DNA of 64,000 nucleotides from an uncultured Desulfobacter sp. (GCA_963665095.1 OY762069.1:1024001-1088000); one strand, 5' to 3'; positions 37,286 to 49,138 are shown, numbered from the stretch's first letter. Notes: generated by a model not told the origin, from the letters alone. Numbers and translations are program-made.

Positions 37286-38983
37286 ATGGAAAAAAAGAAA
37301 GTTCTTGTTATTGGCGGGGTCGCCTGTGGTCCCAAAGCAGCGGCCCGGATCAAAAGACTTGACCCGAATGCTGAGGTGACCATACTTGAAAAAGGAGAAC
37401 TGCTTTCCTATGCCGGATGCGGCCTGCCCTATTACATATCCGGCCAGGTTCAAAACTATAATGAACTGATGGCCACGCCCACAGGCGTTGTCAGGGATAC
37501 TAACTTTTTCAATATGGTTAAGGACATCCATATTAAAAATCATACCCTGGCAGAAACCATTGACCGGGAGAAAAAAACGGTTAAGGCGGTTGATCTTAAG
37601 ACAGGCTATGCTACCGAATATGAATATGATGCCCTGATTCTTTCTGTTGGCAGTCAGTTCAGGATACCGCCTTTCCCCGGCACTGATCTCAACGGGGTTC
37701 ATTTTCTGCAGACTGTTGCAGATGCCAGAAAAATCAGAAATGAAAGTGGTCCCTTGGAAGGAAAAAAGGCCGTCATCATTGGTGCAGGCCTCATTGGTCT
37801 TGAGGTAACGGAAGCCTTGAGAAACCAGGGCATGGACATTACCATCGTTGAAATGATGGATCAGGCCATGGGTAACCTTTTTGACCATGAGATGATTTTC
37901 CATCTGCACAATGAACTTAAAAACAACGGTGTGGCACTTAAAACCAGTGAAACAGTCAAAGAGATACAGGGCGATGACCAGTTTGCCGTTAAAACCGTTG
38001 TTACGGATAAGGGCGAATACCCGGCCGACCTGGTACTTATTGCAGTTGGGGTTAATCCCAACACCCGGCTGGCACAGGAATCAGGTCTTGAAATTGGCGA
38101 AACCGGTGCCATCCGGGTTGATGCAAACATGCGGACCTCCGACCCAAGTATTTATGCAGGTGGAGACTGCGTTGAAAACAGAAGTCTTGTAACTGGCAAG
38201 CCGTTATATACCCCCATGGGGTCCACGGCAAATAAACACGGCAGGGTCATTGCTGACAATATCTGCGGTATCCCTTCCCAATTCACAGGGGTCTGCGGAA
38301 CAGCCATCTGCCGGGTGTTCAATATCAATGTATGCAGAACCGGGTTAACTGAAAAACAGGCCCGGCAGATGGGATATGACTGTGTTAGCGTATTGAGCCC
38401 CTCCCCTGACAAACCGCATTTCCTGAGTGAGGCCAAGCTGATCATCATTAAGCTGGTGGTGGACAAAGTCACCCAAAAGCTTTTAGGTGCCCAGATCGTT
38501 GGTCCCGGGGATGTTGCCAAACGAATGGAAGTGGTGGTCTCCAACATCTCTTCAGGGGGCAAAGTGACCGATATTGCCCAGTATGACCTGGCCTATGCAC
38601 CGCCCTTCTCTCCAGCCATGGACAACATCATCACTGCCGCCAATATTGCAGAAAATAAGCTGTATAACCGGGGCTGTTCCCTGTCGCCTGTGGCGGTAAA
38701 AGCCAAGATTGATAACGGGGATGACTTTATCTTCCTGGATGTTCGCTCTCCCCAGGAGTATGAGCAGATGCGTATCGAAGATCCCCGGATCAAACTGATT
38801 CCTTTAGGCAAACTGCGCAGCGCCCTTTCCGAACTGCCAAAGGACAAGGAGATTATTGCCTTCTGCAAGATATCTTTGCGCGGTTATGAGGCGGAACGTA
38901 TCCTGGCTGGTGAAGGATACGAGAATGTGAAGTTCATGGATGGCGGTGTGGTATGCTGGCCCTATGAAAAAGTAGTTGCCTGA
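37286..38983 (+). CDS. CoA-disulfide/persulfide reductase-like flavoprotein with C-terminal rhodanese domain
   Basis: GGVACG, SYAGCGLPY (single redox Cys), GAGLIG, DLAYAPPFS, then rhodanese LDVR...FCKISLRG...MDGG. Start at ATG 37286 after aaggag. Confidence 0.88.
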   Translation: MEKKKVLVIGGVACGPKAAARIKRLDPNAEVTILEKGELLSYAGCGLPYYISGQVQNYNELMATPTGVVRDTNFFNMVKDIHIKNHTLAETIDREKKTVKAVDLKTGYATEYEYDALILSVGSQFRIPPFPGTDLNGVHFLQTVADARKIRNESGPLEGKKAVIIGAGLIGLEVTEALRNQGMDITIVEMMDQAMGNLFDHEMIFHLHNELKNNGVALKTSETVKEIQGDDQFAVKTVVTDKGEYPADLVLIAVGVNPNTRLAQESGLEIGETGAIRVDANMRTSDPSIYAGGDCVENRSLVTGKPLYTPMGSTANKHGRVIADNICGIPSQFTGVCGTAICRVFNINVCRTGLTEKQARQMGYDCVSVLSPSPDKPHFLSEAKLIIIKLVVDKVTQKLLGAQIVGPGDVAKRMEVVVSNISSGGKVTDIAQYDLAYAPPFSPAMDNIITAANIAENKLYNRGCSLSPVAVKAKIDNGDDFIFLDVRSPQEYEQMRIEDPRIKLIPLGKLRSALSELPKDKEIIAFCKISLRGYEAERILAGEGYENVKFMDGGVVCWPYEKVVA

Positions 38984-39013
38984 TAAAAGACTATCCGATT
39001 TGAAATATCAACC

Positions 39014-39057
39014 AGGGGCTGCTTTCGTCAGAATCAGAGAGCAGCCCTTTACTTTTT
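39014..39057 (+). terminator. Intrinsic terminator
   Basis: gggctgct...agcagccc followed by tttacttttt. Confidence 0.65.
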
Positions 39058-39308
39058 AGCGCCCTGCCCTTCCTCTATTTTTGCCCCTCCGGACTTTATT
39101 TTTTTTGAGTCTGAAAAATTACAAATTGGGGTTTGATTTTTCATTCCCCTTTCTATGCAAACCCATGGCAATATAGCCTCGGTCTTGATTTCTTCAAACA
39201 CTATTTATAGAAACTGGTTCAGAAAACAGCACTGTTTTGACAATATTGTTATTAACGCCGTATGAAATTGTAGGTATGGGCCGGAATAGGTATGATTCAA
39301 CCCGTTGT

Positions 39309-39328
39309 AATGTCTTTATAATGACATT
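39309..39328. promoter_or_regulatory. Palindromic upstream activator sequence (AATGTC-N8-GACATT, containing TGT-N10-ACA)
   Basis: Inverted repeat about 90-100 bp upstream of a sigma54 -24/-12 element. Confidence 0.55.
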
Positions 39329-39416
39329 GAACGTCTGACCTGATTATATGTAACTATATGATTTTATAAGTAAAATCCTGGAATTTCTGAAGTTTAATTC
39401 TACCCGGATTTAACAC

Positions 39417-39432
39417 TGGCACCGGAATTGCT
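39417..39432 (+). promoter_or_regulatory. Sigma54 (-24/-12) promoter
   Basis: TGGCAC-CGGAA-TTGCT matches the TGGCAC-N5-TTGCW consensus; about 48 bp before ATG 39481, which has a gagga RBS. Confidence 0.82.
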
Positions 39433-39480
39433 CTTACCCACTGGTCAAGAGTAACTATTGCCAGAGGACAAATAACAGCC

Positions 39481-40545
39481 ATGTCAGATACCTTTTGCAT
39501 TCATGCAGATCTTAAACTCGAAGAAATCATTGAGCGTTACCCGGAAACCGAGGCGGTGTTTACGGCCAACGGCCTGGAAGAGCTTGTAAGCGTTGAGGCC
39601 ATGCGGGTGCTGGCTCCTTTTTAAACCCTGGCACAGCCCTTCGCAGCCGGTCCATTGACATTGACGGATTTATCAGTCTGCTTGAAGCCGCCCTTGAGAA
39701 GCCGATACCCATTGACAGCCCAGGTCTTGCGTCCATGGCCGCTCAAAAAGATATAACCTTTCTGGGATTGATGCCCTGCGGGCTCAAAATGCCAGAAAGG
39801 CGCGCGTTTACCCAGTTTATCAACAATCTTCAGGCCCGGAAAAATGTTAACATACAGTGGGCAGTTGAGGGCAACGTCAACCAGGAATTATCCTATTATT
39901 CCTACATTGATACCATCCGTTCCAGAGATGAATTGCCTGATATTATTTTATCCGCAGATTCCAATGTGTTCCTTGGCCGGCGGTTTCATGAGCAGTTTGT
40001 TGCCGGCGGCGGCTTAACAGGCTACGGCGGTTTTCCTGCAGGCACCAATTTTTTAAATGCAGGCATTCCGGATCCTGAAAATGAATATACCATTCTTTGC
40101 GTCAATCCCCTGGTAATTGTGGCCAATCTTGATCAGCTCAACAACCGAAAACTACCGTCAACCTGGGCAGACATTCTGGACCCTTCATGGGAAAAAAGCG
40201 TGATTATCAGGGGAGGAGACGGATTCTTCTGCCATGCGGTGCTGCTGCCGACCTATAAGCAATTCAGAGCAGACGGGTTGAAGGCGCTTGCCGGAAATGT
40301 GCTGGCCGGCATTCATCCTGCCCAGATGGTCAACCGTATAGATGGCAACGAACCAGGTGCCCTGTATGTCATGCCAGCATTTTTGCAGACCGCATCCGGC
40401 ATAAAGAAAGAATCCGGCTTATCTGGCCGGAAGACGGGGCTCTGGCAAGCCCGGTAATTTTACAGGTCAAGCCGGAAAAAATACAAGCACTCAAACCCGT
40501 CCTTGATTATCTTGTGGACCGGGAACTGGCCGAAACCCTGGCTGG
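39481..40545 (+). pseudogene. Signal-peptide-less solute-binding-protein-like gene with small N-terminal (DUF1858-like) domain; two frameshifts and 3' truncation
   Basis: MSDTFCIHADLKLEEIIERYPETEAVF...APF then -1 shift in T5 (39618-39622) to ...GLMPCGLKMP...LPSTWADILDP...; second -1 shift in T5 (40380-40384) to ...IWPEDGALASP...; then runs directly into a GTPase fragment. Confidence 0.72.
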
Positions 40546-40860
40546 ATCGGGATTTTCCATTGGCGTGATCAAGTTTGACTGCCTTACCGGAGACGATCAT
40601 ACCCAGTATGCACGTGCCTGCCCGCCCGTTAAAAAAGGGGTGGCCGGCGGACTTTGTCCGGACCATTTTTTTGTTGCCAATTTTGTTGCCAATATTGAAG
40701 GTGTCCTGCAGTGGGGCATCCGGGGAAATTTTGATATTCTGATCAGCGAAAGTGCCGGCCTTTGCAACAGGTGTTCCCCCCATATAAAAGGGGTATTGGC
40801 TGTATGTGTGATTGACCATTTAAGCGGGGTGAATACACCGCGAAAAATCGGCCCCGACAG
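40546..40860 (+). pseudogene. Fragment of a G3E-family (HypB/UreG/CobW-like) GTPase
   Basis: GVIKFDCL, GLCPDHFF, ISESAGLCNRCSP, CVIDHLSGVNTPRKIGP; P-loop N-terminus and TKxD C-terminal half are absent; 12-bp tandem duplication at 40669-40692. Confidence 0.7.
40669..40692 (+). repeat. 12-bp perfect tandem duplication (ttttgttgccaa x2)
   Basis: Read directly; gives FVANFVAN in the GTPase fragment. Confidence 0.9.
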
Positions 40861-40934
40861 CCAGATTGGTAATGTAAAACCATGGAATTTTAAACACGTT
40901 CACCTCAAAGAAATGCCTGAATCATATTTTAGCA

Positions 40935-42036
40935 ATGGACACAAAAACCAATACTGACAGATGCATCAATAACAGAAACGCCCCATGCGGACAGGCCGTT
41001 AATCAAGAATCCAATCCGTTGGAATACCCGGTCCCTGCCCTGCTTAAAGCGCATCCCTATCTGCATGATTTTTTTGATGCCCTTTCGATTCCTGTGGATG
41101 GTCTGTTAAATGATGCCCAGGCGCCCACACTGAAGATCTTGATTGATGGACTGGATGAACACCAGCTGGCCCCATTTGGCCTGAACCGATCAGGTCTGAC
41201 CACTCAAATTTTGGACTTCATGGCTTAGATGGACAGGGTGCAGCAAAAGGCTGACAACTGCCTTGAACATCTGGTCATCAAAGCTGGGGTCGATAAAGAC
41301 GGCCGCCCTGAATCCCGAAGCATCACACTGTGCTGTGGCGAAGTGATCAGTGTTGTCGGCCCCACCGGGTCGGGGAAAAGCCAGCTTCTTGCTGACATTG
41401 AGTGTCTGGCCCAAAGGGATACGCCGTCAAAACGTGTGGTGCTGCCCAATGGCCGTGTGCCGGATGATACTGTCCGGTTTTCCGGGGAGTACCGCCTTGT
41501 GGCACAGATTTCCCAGAACATGAATTTTGTCATGAATCTCAGTGTCAAAGAGTTTTTAACCATGCATGCCCAAAGCCGCCTGGTGGAAAATGCCTCACAA
41601 AAGGTGGATGACATATATAAATCGGCCGTGATGCTGGCAGGGGAGCCCTTTTCTTTGAACACCCCCATTACCTCTTTGTCAGGGGGGCAGTCCCGGGCAT
41701 TAATGACAGCGGATGTCGCCTATTTAAGCGACTCCCCCATCCTGCTGATTGATGAAATTGAAAATGCCGGGGTTGACCGGCAAAAGGCCGTCTCCCTGCT
41801 TCTGAACAGGGATAAAATGGTGCTGATTGCCACCCATGACCCGTTGCTGGCTCTTTCCAAAGATCGGCGCATCATTATCAAAAACGGCGGCATGGCTGAT
41901 GTGCTTGAGACCACGGACCAGGAGAAAGCAAGTGTGGCCTGCCTGGCTGTTCTTGATAAAAAAACTGGGGCAGATCAGGGAGATGGTCCAAAACGGAGAA
42001 CAGCTGATTTTTGATCACCACTATTTTTTTAAGTAA
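40935..42036 (+). pseudogene. ABC-type ATPase with N-terminal extension; in-frame TAG and terminal frameshift
   Basis: 40935..41228 and 41229..42014 are contiguous and in frame across TAG 41226-41228; GPTGSGKS, LSGGQ, LIDEIE, ATHD; A7 run at 41958-41964 shifts off the likely C-terminus KKLGQIREMVQNGEQL. Confidence 0.75.
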
Positions 42037-42067
42037 CGCCTGACTTGGCGGGTGCATGGAAACAGGC

Positions 42068-42871
42068 TTAAGAGCCATGCCGACGGGCAATCTTTTCAAA
42101 CATGAGAGCAATCCCTTCATTCATTGTGTAGTTGGATTCTATGTCAAGATTGTGATCTGATACTGAATCAAAATAGATGTGAAGGCTCGACTCAATCCCG
42201 TCCTCCGGTTGCCAGTAGCAGACCATGATGGGGAAATTGGGCAATGGGTAGAGCACAATTGAGATATCCGAATCAATATTACTTTTAATTTTTTTGCCGT
42301 CAAAAATTTCCAGCATGTCCTTGAACAGGTCTGTATACGTATCCGCCAGACGTTTCAACGGTTTTTCACACCGCTGCTGGAAATGGGCATACCTTTCAGG
42401 GCCGCCTTTCAGCTCCCTGAATGTGATCCAGTTCCCTTCAGGGGGTCGACCTTCACCCTTTAAAATGTAATTAAGAGCCGGTACAACCATATACGCATTA
42501 ATATGCACTTCGGACGATAGATTTCCCTGGGTGTCCACACCAAATTTTTTGCCAAAAATTCTAATGGTGAGCTGGTCATTGGAAAACCGGGCACCCAGGC
42601 GCCTGGCAGCACCGGCAAGATCACACTGTGCCACCTGTTGTTTTAAGGCATCAATGGCCTCAGCCTTGTATTCATCAACGGTATTGGGTTTTTCAACTGC
42701 TCCCGCATACAGATCAAGCACGGCCTGGTCCAGGTGAGGGCATGCGGTAATCGGTTTTTTCTCCTTGAATACCGCCACGGCAAATGCCAGACAGCCTTGT
42801 TCTTTACAGTCCCTGCAGTTGGACCCGTTCAGCAGCTTGAAAATTTCCATGGGGTTATTAATATGTGCCAT
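42068..42871 (-). CDS. Fe-S cluster domain plus DUF3786-like protein
   Basis: N-terminal NCRDCKEQGCLAFA...CPHL putative 4Fe-4S motif; WITFRELKGG, F..RCEKPL, LYPLPNFPI. Confidence 0.75.
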   Translation of the reverse strand: MAHINNPMEIFKLLNGSNCRDCKEQGCLAFAVAVFKEKKPITACPHLDQAVLDLYAGAVEKPNTVDEYKAEAIDALKQQVAQCDLAGAARRLGARFSNDQLTIRIFGKKFGVDTQGNLSSEVHINAYMVVPALNYILKGEGRPPEGNWITFRELKGGPERYAHFQQRCEKPLKRLADTYTDLFKDMLEIFDGKKIKSNIDSDISIVLYPLPNFPIMVCYWQPEDGIESSLHIYFDSVSDHNLDIESNYTMNEGIALMFEKIARRHGS

Positions 42872-43234
42872 TAAGAACTCTTTGTGTTATGTCAGTTTTA
42901 CCTTGCTTGCAGGTTCAGAATTGAGTAACAGGTTTTCAATACCAATGCAATACAGATCCTCAGAAACAACTGTGCCAGTTGTACTCTTTTATCCCACCAC
43001 CCTCCGGGGCAATACCTGCAAGGGGTGTTTTTTTCACAGTTCTTGACAAAAAGCATATTCCTGACTTATTACTTAATTATTATATTTTACAGATCTGCCA
43101 AGGGCATTGTCATTCCACCCGGTTGAAAATTAGCTGATATCATTTTCCATTTCGCATGCTGACCGGTTTCGGTTCGCATCGAAAATGTAACGCCATTTTT
43201 AGTACTATCACGAATAAGAGCACAAAAGGCTGCG

Positions 43235-46200
43235 ATGATGACCATAAAATCGTCTATCCAAAAATTAACTGCACCTTTATGGGTCAAAACAGCGCTGCCC
43301 ATTGTCCTTTCCATTCTGTTGTTTTCTGCAGCCATCTTTTGCGTCCACCTGCCAGGTATTTACAACTCTTTGCTGGACCAGAGGAAAAAAGCCCTTAAGG
43401 ACATGACCCGGATCGTTCTTGACATAACCCGGTATTACCATGCCTTTGAAACAAAGGGAATCATGACCCGGGAGGAGGCGCAGAAAAATGTTATAGATGC
43501 CGTTTCCCCCATGCGGTACGGAGAGAAGAACAAGGACTATTTCTGGATCAACGATATCTCCTATCATATGGTTATGCATCCCACCATGCCGCATTTAGAG
43601 GGTCAGGATCTAAAAAATTATCAGGGTCCAACCGGCATATTTCTGTTCAGGCTGATGGTGCAAAAAAGCCAAAAAACCCAAGATGCCTTTATTTCCTACA
43701 GATGGCAGATGGATGGCAAAGACAGCCCCATGTTGCCGAAGGTCTCCTATGTGAAACGTTTTGAACCCTGGGGATGGATCATTGGAACCGGTGCCTATAT
43801 CCAGGATATCAGGGCTGCGGCCCAGCGGCAGGCAGAAGGTATTTTGTTTATCAGCATGGGTGTTTTGCTCATTGTCATGCTGCTTGCCTATTTTGCCATC
43901 AGACAGGGCATACGGGCCTCACAGATTATCCGCAACCGGGAGGCAACCCTTCAGGGAATCTTTGACCAGACCAGAGAGTTTATGGGGATTCTGGATATGG
44001 AGGGCCGTGTTCTCAGGGTGAACAAAACCGCATTGGCACTGGTCAATGTCACAGATGCGGCAGTTACCGGCAGGTTTTTCTGGGAGACGCCCTGGTGGCA
44101 GGACCAGCCGGAAGGCATAAAAACAGTCCGCCATGCTGTTGAAAAGGCAAAAAACGGTGGCACCACTGTATTTGAGGCAACACACACCGCCCATGACAAA
44201 AGAAAAGTTCATGTGGAGGTTGCCATCCAGCCCATCCTGGATGAAAAAATGACGCCGGTTTTCATCTTTGCCGACGGCATAGACATTACCGAACGAAAAC
44301 TTTCCCAGGAACGGTTGATACGCCAGAAATCCCGATTAAACAGTATTCTGAAAACGTCTCCTGTGGGAATCGGCATGGTTAAAGAGTGGATCGTCACCCA
44401 CGCCAACGACGAATTTGAAAACATCCTGGGCTATAAGGGCGAGGAGCTTTTGAACCAGGATGCCAGAAAATTCTTCCCCAGCAAAGAGATTTTTAAAAGC
44501 GTGAGCAAAGAGTATGTAACACAGGTGAAACAAAAGGGGAAAGCATCCATTGAGACCCAGTTCAAACACAGGGACAAAACGCTTAAGGATGTCCTTTTCA
44601 ACGCGATTCCGGTAAATCCCAATGATCTTTCCCAGGGGTTTACCTGTGTTTTCATGGATATAACCAAACGAAAGACCTTTGAAAAGGAGATGCTCACCCG
44701 GCAGGCGGAAATGGACAGCATCTTCCGGGCATCCAGTGTGGGCATCGGCATGGTACGGGACCAGATAATCGTCCACGCCAATCAGAAACTCGCAGGCATC
44801 GTCGGCAGTACCCCGGAGGAACTTTTAGGAGAAAACACCAGCATTTTTTACCCCAGTGATGCATCGTTCATGGCTGCGGGTGATACGGTTTATACCCAGC
44901 TTGATGAGCAGGGATATGCCTGTCTTGAGTCTGTATTTGAAAGCAAAGACGGGACCCCGGTAAATGTCTACATCACCCTGTCTCCGCTGGACCAACAGGA
45001 CCATACCCAGGGGTTCTCATTCACGGTCATGGATATCACGGAACGAAAACAAAACGAACAGCAGCTGCTGCGCAGGCAGGCAGAAATGAACAGTATTTTC
45101 AGGGCTGCCACGGTGGGCATAGGTATGATAAAAGACCGCGTCATTACCCACTCCAACGAAGAACTATCCCGAATCACCGGCCGCCCGTTAGAAGAACTGC
45201 TTGAGAAAAGCACCAGGATTCTTTACCCCGATGAAAAGACCTTCCTTTCGGTCGGCGAAAATTACTATCGGCAGGTTGAAGAGCAGGGGCATGGCGTGCT
45301 GGAGACGATTTTTCAAAGCAAGGACGGTACCCTTAAAAACATTCATTTAAATCTGTTTCCATTAGATGAAAATGACCTCAGCCAGGGTTTCTGCTTCACA
45401 GCCATGGATATTACGGAACGTAAAAAATACCAGGAGGGCCTGGAAGATCTGGTAAAAGAACGTACCGAACAACTCTTTCATGCCATGAGGGACGCAGAGC
45501 GGGCCAACCATGCCAAAAGCGGATTTCTGGCCAATATGAGCCATGAAATCCGTACACCCATGAACGCGATTCTTGGAATGACACATCTGGTTTTGAAAAC
45601 TGAGCTGACCCCCAAACAGGAGGATTATATATTTAAAATCGACAGCTCAGCCAAAGCGCTTTTAGGGCTTATTAATGATATACTGGATTTCTCCAAAATT
45701 GAGGCTGGCCAGCTCGATATTGAGAATATAAATTTTAACATCGAGCAGGTGTTTGACAATCTGTCTGCGGTTATTTCACAAAAGGCCCAGGAAAAAGAGG
45801 TTGAGTTTATCATCCACCAGGATATGAAAATCCCTGGCGAACTGGTGGGCGACCCCTTCCGGCTGGGCCAGGTTCTGCTTAATTTTGCCAGTAACGCGGT
45901 GAAGTTTACAGACCAGGGCGAAGTGGTAGTCAAGTCGGAAATCGTTAAACAGTCCAAGGATGACCTGCTTGTCAAATTCAGTGTAAAAGATTCAGGCATC
46001 GGGTTGACCAGGGAGCAACGTGAGAAACTGTTCCAGCCCTTTACCCAGGCAGATACATCCACTACACGCAAGTATGGCGGTACCGGATTAGGGCTTTCCA
46101 TCTGCAAGAGCCTTGTGGAACTAATGGGGGGAGAAATCGGCCTGGATAGTGTTTATGGCCATGGCAGCACCTTCTGGTTCACCTGCCTGTTTAAAATTCC

Positions 46201-47734
46201 GGCGGTACGGAAAAAATCCGTGCAGGACTACACCATTCTTGCCGACGATCTTAAAGGGCAGCATGTACTGGTGGTGGATGACAGTGAGGCATCTTTGCTC
46301 ATCCTGCAGTCGCTGTTGGAAACCCTTAATCTTGAACCGGCTCTGGTGAATTCAGGAGCCAGGGCATTGCGTCTTCTTGAAGAGACGCCCGATGAGGACC
46401 TTTTTTCCCTGGTGCTGATGGATTATAAAATGCCGGAGATGAACGGTGCCCAGGTTACCCGGCTAATTAAACAGAACCCAAGGTTAAAAGACAGGGTATC
46501 TGTTATCATGGTATCGGCGTTTGGCAGAGAAGAGGTGATGAAGCACTCCATGGATGCCGGTGCGGATGCCTTTCTTGTTAAGCCGGTTAATATATCAACT
46601 CTGCTTGATACCATCCTTGAAGTCAGAGGGCTTAAATCTGTAGGACATGAAAAAAGAATCCTCGGAGACGCAGAGAATGTACCGGGCCTTGACGCCATAC
46701 GGGGTGCCCGGGTGCTTTTGGCCGAAGACAATGACATCAACAAACAGATAGCCGTTGAACTGCTGGAAAATGCAGGCCTTGTGGTGGATGTGGCAGACAC
46801 CGGCGTTAAGGTGCTCGATGCACTGGCCAACGGTCGACACAAAAATTATGATCTGATTTTCATGGACATTCAGATGCCGGAAATGGACGGGATTGAGGCA
46901 ACAATGGCCATCCGGGATCAGGGGATTTTAGACCTGCCCATTGTGGCCATGACAGCCCATGCCATGAGTTCCGACCGGGAGAAAAGTATCCATGCGGGCA
47001 TGAATGACCATATTACCAAGCCCATAAATCCTGTCCAGTTGAACAAAACACTGGTTCAATGGATCAAGCCCGGTCCAAGGGACATCCCTGAAATGACTCT
47101 GTCGCGTCTCCCCTGTGCTCCGGAAACCCAGGCCGATGATAGTCTGCCCATGAAGGGTGTTCCCGGTATATCCATTCGTGACGGACTGGCATCAGTCTCT
47201 GGAAATGAGAAACTTTATAAATCACTTCTGCGCCGGTTAAGGGATAACTACGCATCCATTGCATCGGAAATACTTGCGGCTCTTTTAAAGGAGGACCATG
47301 AAGAGGCCTCACGACTGACTCACACCATCAAAGGTGTGGCCGCAAATCTTGGGGCAAAAAAACTGGCGGCCTCGGCCGGCAGGCTGGAACTTGCCCTGAG
47401 GGAAACGCCGGACAGTTCAACGCACATGGTGGGTGCAATAGAAAAAGACATGGAGGAAGTATTGCACTCCTTGTCTGAGCTTGGAAAAATTATTGAGGCG
47501 CCTGTGCACTCTCAATCCCCCGGGGATCTCACCTGCGCCCCTGACCTGATTGATGAAATTATCTCCCTGATCACCACCAATATATCAAAGGCCATTGATA
47601 AATCAGAAGAGCTTGCCGGTATGATGGGCTCACCCCCCTATAAAACAGACATCCAAAATATATGCACGCTTTTGGATGACTTTGATACAGATGAGGCCAT
47701 CGATGCGTTAAAACACCTAAAGGATAGCCTGTAG
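43235..47734 (+). CDS. Hybrid sensor histidine kinase (Cache, 4 PAS, HisKA/HATPase, 2 REC, Hpt)
   Basis: TM-Cache (DYFWIND...[13 protein letters not shown])-TM, PAS repeats, [26 protein letters not shown], two receivers (LMDYKMP, FMDIQMP), Hpt [11 protein letters not shown]. Confidence 0.93.
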   Translation: MMTIKSSIQKLTAPLWVKTALPIVLSILLFSAAIFCVHLPGIYNSLLDQRKKALKDMTRIVLDITRYYHAFETKGIMTREEAQKNVIDAVSPMRYGEKNKDYFWINDISYHMVMHPTMPHLEGQDLKNYQGPTGIFLFRLMVQKSQKTQDAFISYRWQMDGKDSPMLPKVSYVKRFEPWGWIIGTGAYIQDIRAAAQRQAEGILFISMGVLLIVMLLAYFAIRQGIRASQIIRNREATLQGIFDQTREFMGILDMEGRVLRVNKTALALVNVTDAAVTGRFFWETPWWQDQPEGIKTVRHAVEKAKNGGTTVFEATHTAHDKRKVHVEVAIQPILDEKMTPVFIFADGIDITERKLSQERLIRQKSRLNSILKTSPVGIGMVKEWIVTHANDEFENILGYKGEELLNQDARKFFPSKEIFKSVSKEYVTQVKQKGKASIETQFKHRDKTLKDVLFNAIPVNPNDLSQGFTCVFMDITKRKTFEKEMLTRQAEMDSIFRASSVGIGMVRDQIIVHANQKLAGIVGSTPEELLGENTSIFYPSDASFMAAGDTVYTQLDEQGYACLESVFESKDGTPVNVYITLSPLDQQDHTQGFSFTVMDITERKQNEQQLLRRQAEMNSIFRAATVGIGMIKDRVITHSNEELSRITGRPLEELLEKSTRILYPDEKTFLSVGENYYRQVEEQGHGVLETIFQSKDGTLKNIHLNLFPLDENDLSQGFCFTAMDITERKKYQEGLEDLVKERTEQLFHAMRDAERANHAKSGFLANMSHEIRTPMNAILGMTHLVLKTELTPKQEDYIFKIDSSAKALLGLINDILDFSKIEAGQLDIENINFNIEQVFDNLSAVISQKAQEKEVEFIIHQDMKIPGELVGDPFRLGQVLLNFASNAVKFTDQGEVVVKSEIVKQSKDDLLVKFSVKDSGIGLTREQREKLFQPFTQADTSTTRKYGGTGLGLSICKSLVELMGGEIGLDSVYGHGSTFWFTCLFKIPAVRKKSVQDYTILADDLKGQHVLVVDDSEASLLILQSLLETLNLEPALVNSGARALRLLEETPDEDLFSLVLMDYKMPEMNGAQVTRLIKQNPRLKDRVSVIMVSAFGREEVMKHSMDAGADAFLVKPVNISTLLDTILEVRGLKSVGHEKRILGDAENVPGLDAIRGARVLLAEDNDINKQIAVELLENAGLVVDVADTGVKVLDALANGRHKNYDLIFMDIQMPEMDGIEATMAIRDQGILDLPIVAMTAHAMSSDREKSIHAGMNDHITKPINPVQLNKTLVQWIKPGPRDIPEMTLSRLPCAPETQADDSLPMKGVPGISIRDGLASVSGNEKLYKSLLRRLRDNYASIASEILAALLKEDHEEASRLTHTIKGVAANLGAKKLAASAGRLELALRETPDSSTHMVGAIEKDMEEVLHSLSELGKIIEAPVHSQSPGDLTCAPDLIDEIISLITTNISKAIDKSEELAGMMGSPPYKTDIQNICTLLDDFDTDEAIDALKHLKDSL

Positions 47735-47825
47735 GATGACTGAAATAAAACTCTGTCAAAACGCTTTTTGAAAAATCAACGCTGCTATTGAAGACATTTA
47801 CAGTCAACCAATAAAGGAGACATTC

Positions 47826-48935
47826 ATGTCACCCCTGCCCCAAGAACCGCTAAAACCTGTTGTACTAGCAGTGGACGACGCACCTGAAAATCTTCATGCG
47901 CTCATTGAAGTGTTAAAAGGTGACTATAATATAATCGCAGCCAAGACCGGTGAAAAGGCAATGGCAATCTGCAGTAAAACGCCAAAACCGGACATCATCC
48001 TGCTTGACGTGGTTATGCCCGAAATGGACGGCTATGAGGTCTGCAGGCAGCTCAAGGCCAATTCAAAGACTGAAACCATTCCGGTGATTTTTGTCACGTC
48101 TCTTACTGAAGCCGGCCAGGAGGCCCAGGGGCTTTCATTGGGAGCGGTGGACTACATCACCAAACCCATTATTCCCGAAATTGTTAAAGCCCGGGTGGGC
48201 AATCATCTAGATCTCAAACGCCACCGGGACCATCTTGAGATACTGGTGGCGGAGCGCACCCGGGAAATTGCCCTGATCAAAGAGGTGACCATCGAAAGCC
48301 TGGCCACGCTGACCGAATGCCGTGACCCTGAAACCGGCGGGCATATCATGCGTACAAAAAATTATGTTAAGGCTCTGGCCACCCGGGCGTCGCTGGATTA
48401 TCACTTCACAGGGCAGCTGGATCCCAACACCATTGATCTGCTATACCTGTCAGCCCCGGTCCACGATATCGGCAAGGTCGGGGTGCCTGACACCATCATG
48501 CTCAAACCCGGCAAACTCACCCCGGAAGAGTTTGAGCTAATGAAAAAACACACCATCTATGGCAGGGACAGCCTTAGAAAGGCCGAACGAAAACTTGGGG
48601 GCAACAGTTTTCTGCATATTGCCCAGGAGATCGCTTGCAGCCACCATGAAAAATGGGATGGTTCCGGATATCCGTTCGGGCTTAGTGGCCAGGATATCCC
48701 TTTGTCCGCACGAATTATGGCTGTGGCGGATGTGTACGATGCCCTGATCAGCCGGCGTGTTTACAAGGCACCCATACCGCATATCGATGCGGTAAAAATT
48801 ATTGCCGAGGGTAAGGGCAAGCACTTTGATCCGGTGCTTGTGGACAAATTCCTCGAAATTCAGGATGAATTTCGCAGCATTGCCCTTGAGTTTGCTGATT
48901 TTGATGAAGAACGTGAAGCGCTTACGTTAGAATAA
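47826..48935 (+). CDS. Response regulator with HD-GYP cyclic-dinucleotide phosphodiesterase domain (RpfG-like)
   Basis: REC (LLDVVMP), ETGGHIMR, HDIGK, HHEKWDGSGYP, ADVYDAL. Confidence 0.93.
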   Translation: MSPLPQEPLKPVVLAVDDAPENLHALIEVLKGDYNIIAAKTGEKAMAICSKTPKPDIILLDVVMPEMDGYEVCRQLKANSKTETIPVIFVTSLTEAGQEAQGLSLGAVDYITKPIIPEIVKARVGNHLDLKRHRDHLEILVAERTREIALIKEVTIESLATLTECRDPETGGHIMRTKNYVKALATRASLDYHFTGQLDPNTIDLLYLSAPVHDIGKVGVPDTIMLKPGKLTPEEFELMKKHTIYGRDSLRKAERKLGGNSFLHIAQEIACSHHEKWDGSGYPFGLSGQDIPLSARIMAVADVYDALISRRVYKAPIPHIDAVKIIAEGKGKHFDPVLVDKFLEIQDEFRSIALEFADFDEEREALTLE

Positions 48936-49138
48936 AGGCCGGATCGTTATAAGTTCATACCATCCTTCATTCATCCTTGCTTTCCAGTGCCGTGTATGTT
49001 TAATCTACTATTATTACATTTGCGATGCATAATAAGAAAGCAAACCCATACAAGGATTTTTTCATCTAATTTAATTTACTGTTCTACTAAAATCCGTGTA
49101 TAAAGATTTAACATCACAGTTTTATAAGGGGACCCGCA

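Noticed and set aside
16247..41228. Genome-wide TAG recoding suggested by two in-frame ambers (hsdM 16247 and ABC ATPase 41226)
   Set aside because: TAG is the normal stop of several intact genes here (biotin carrier 23910, ispA 30699, kinase 47734), and the second amber lies in an operon with many other lesions.
42872..43234. Possible riboswitch (for example c-di-GMP) upstream of the hybrid kinase
   Set aside because: No recognisable consensus elements by eye; an Rfam covariance search would be needed.
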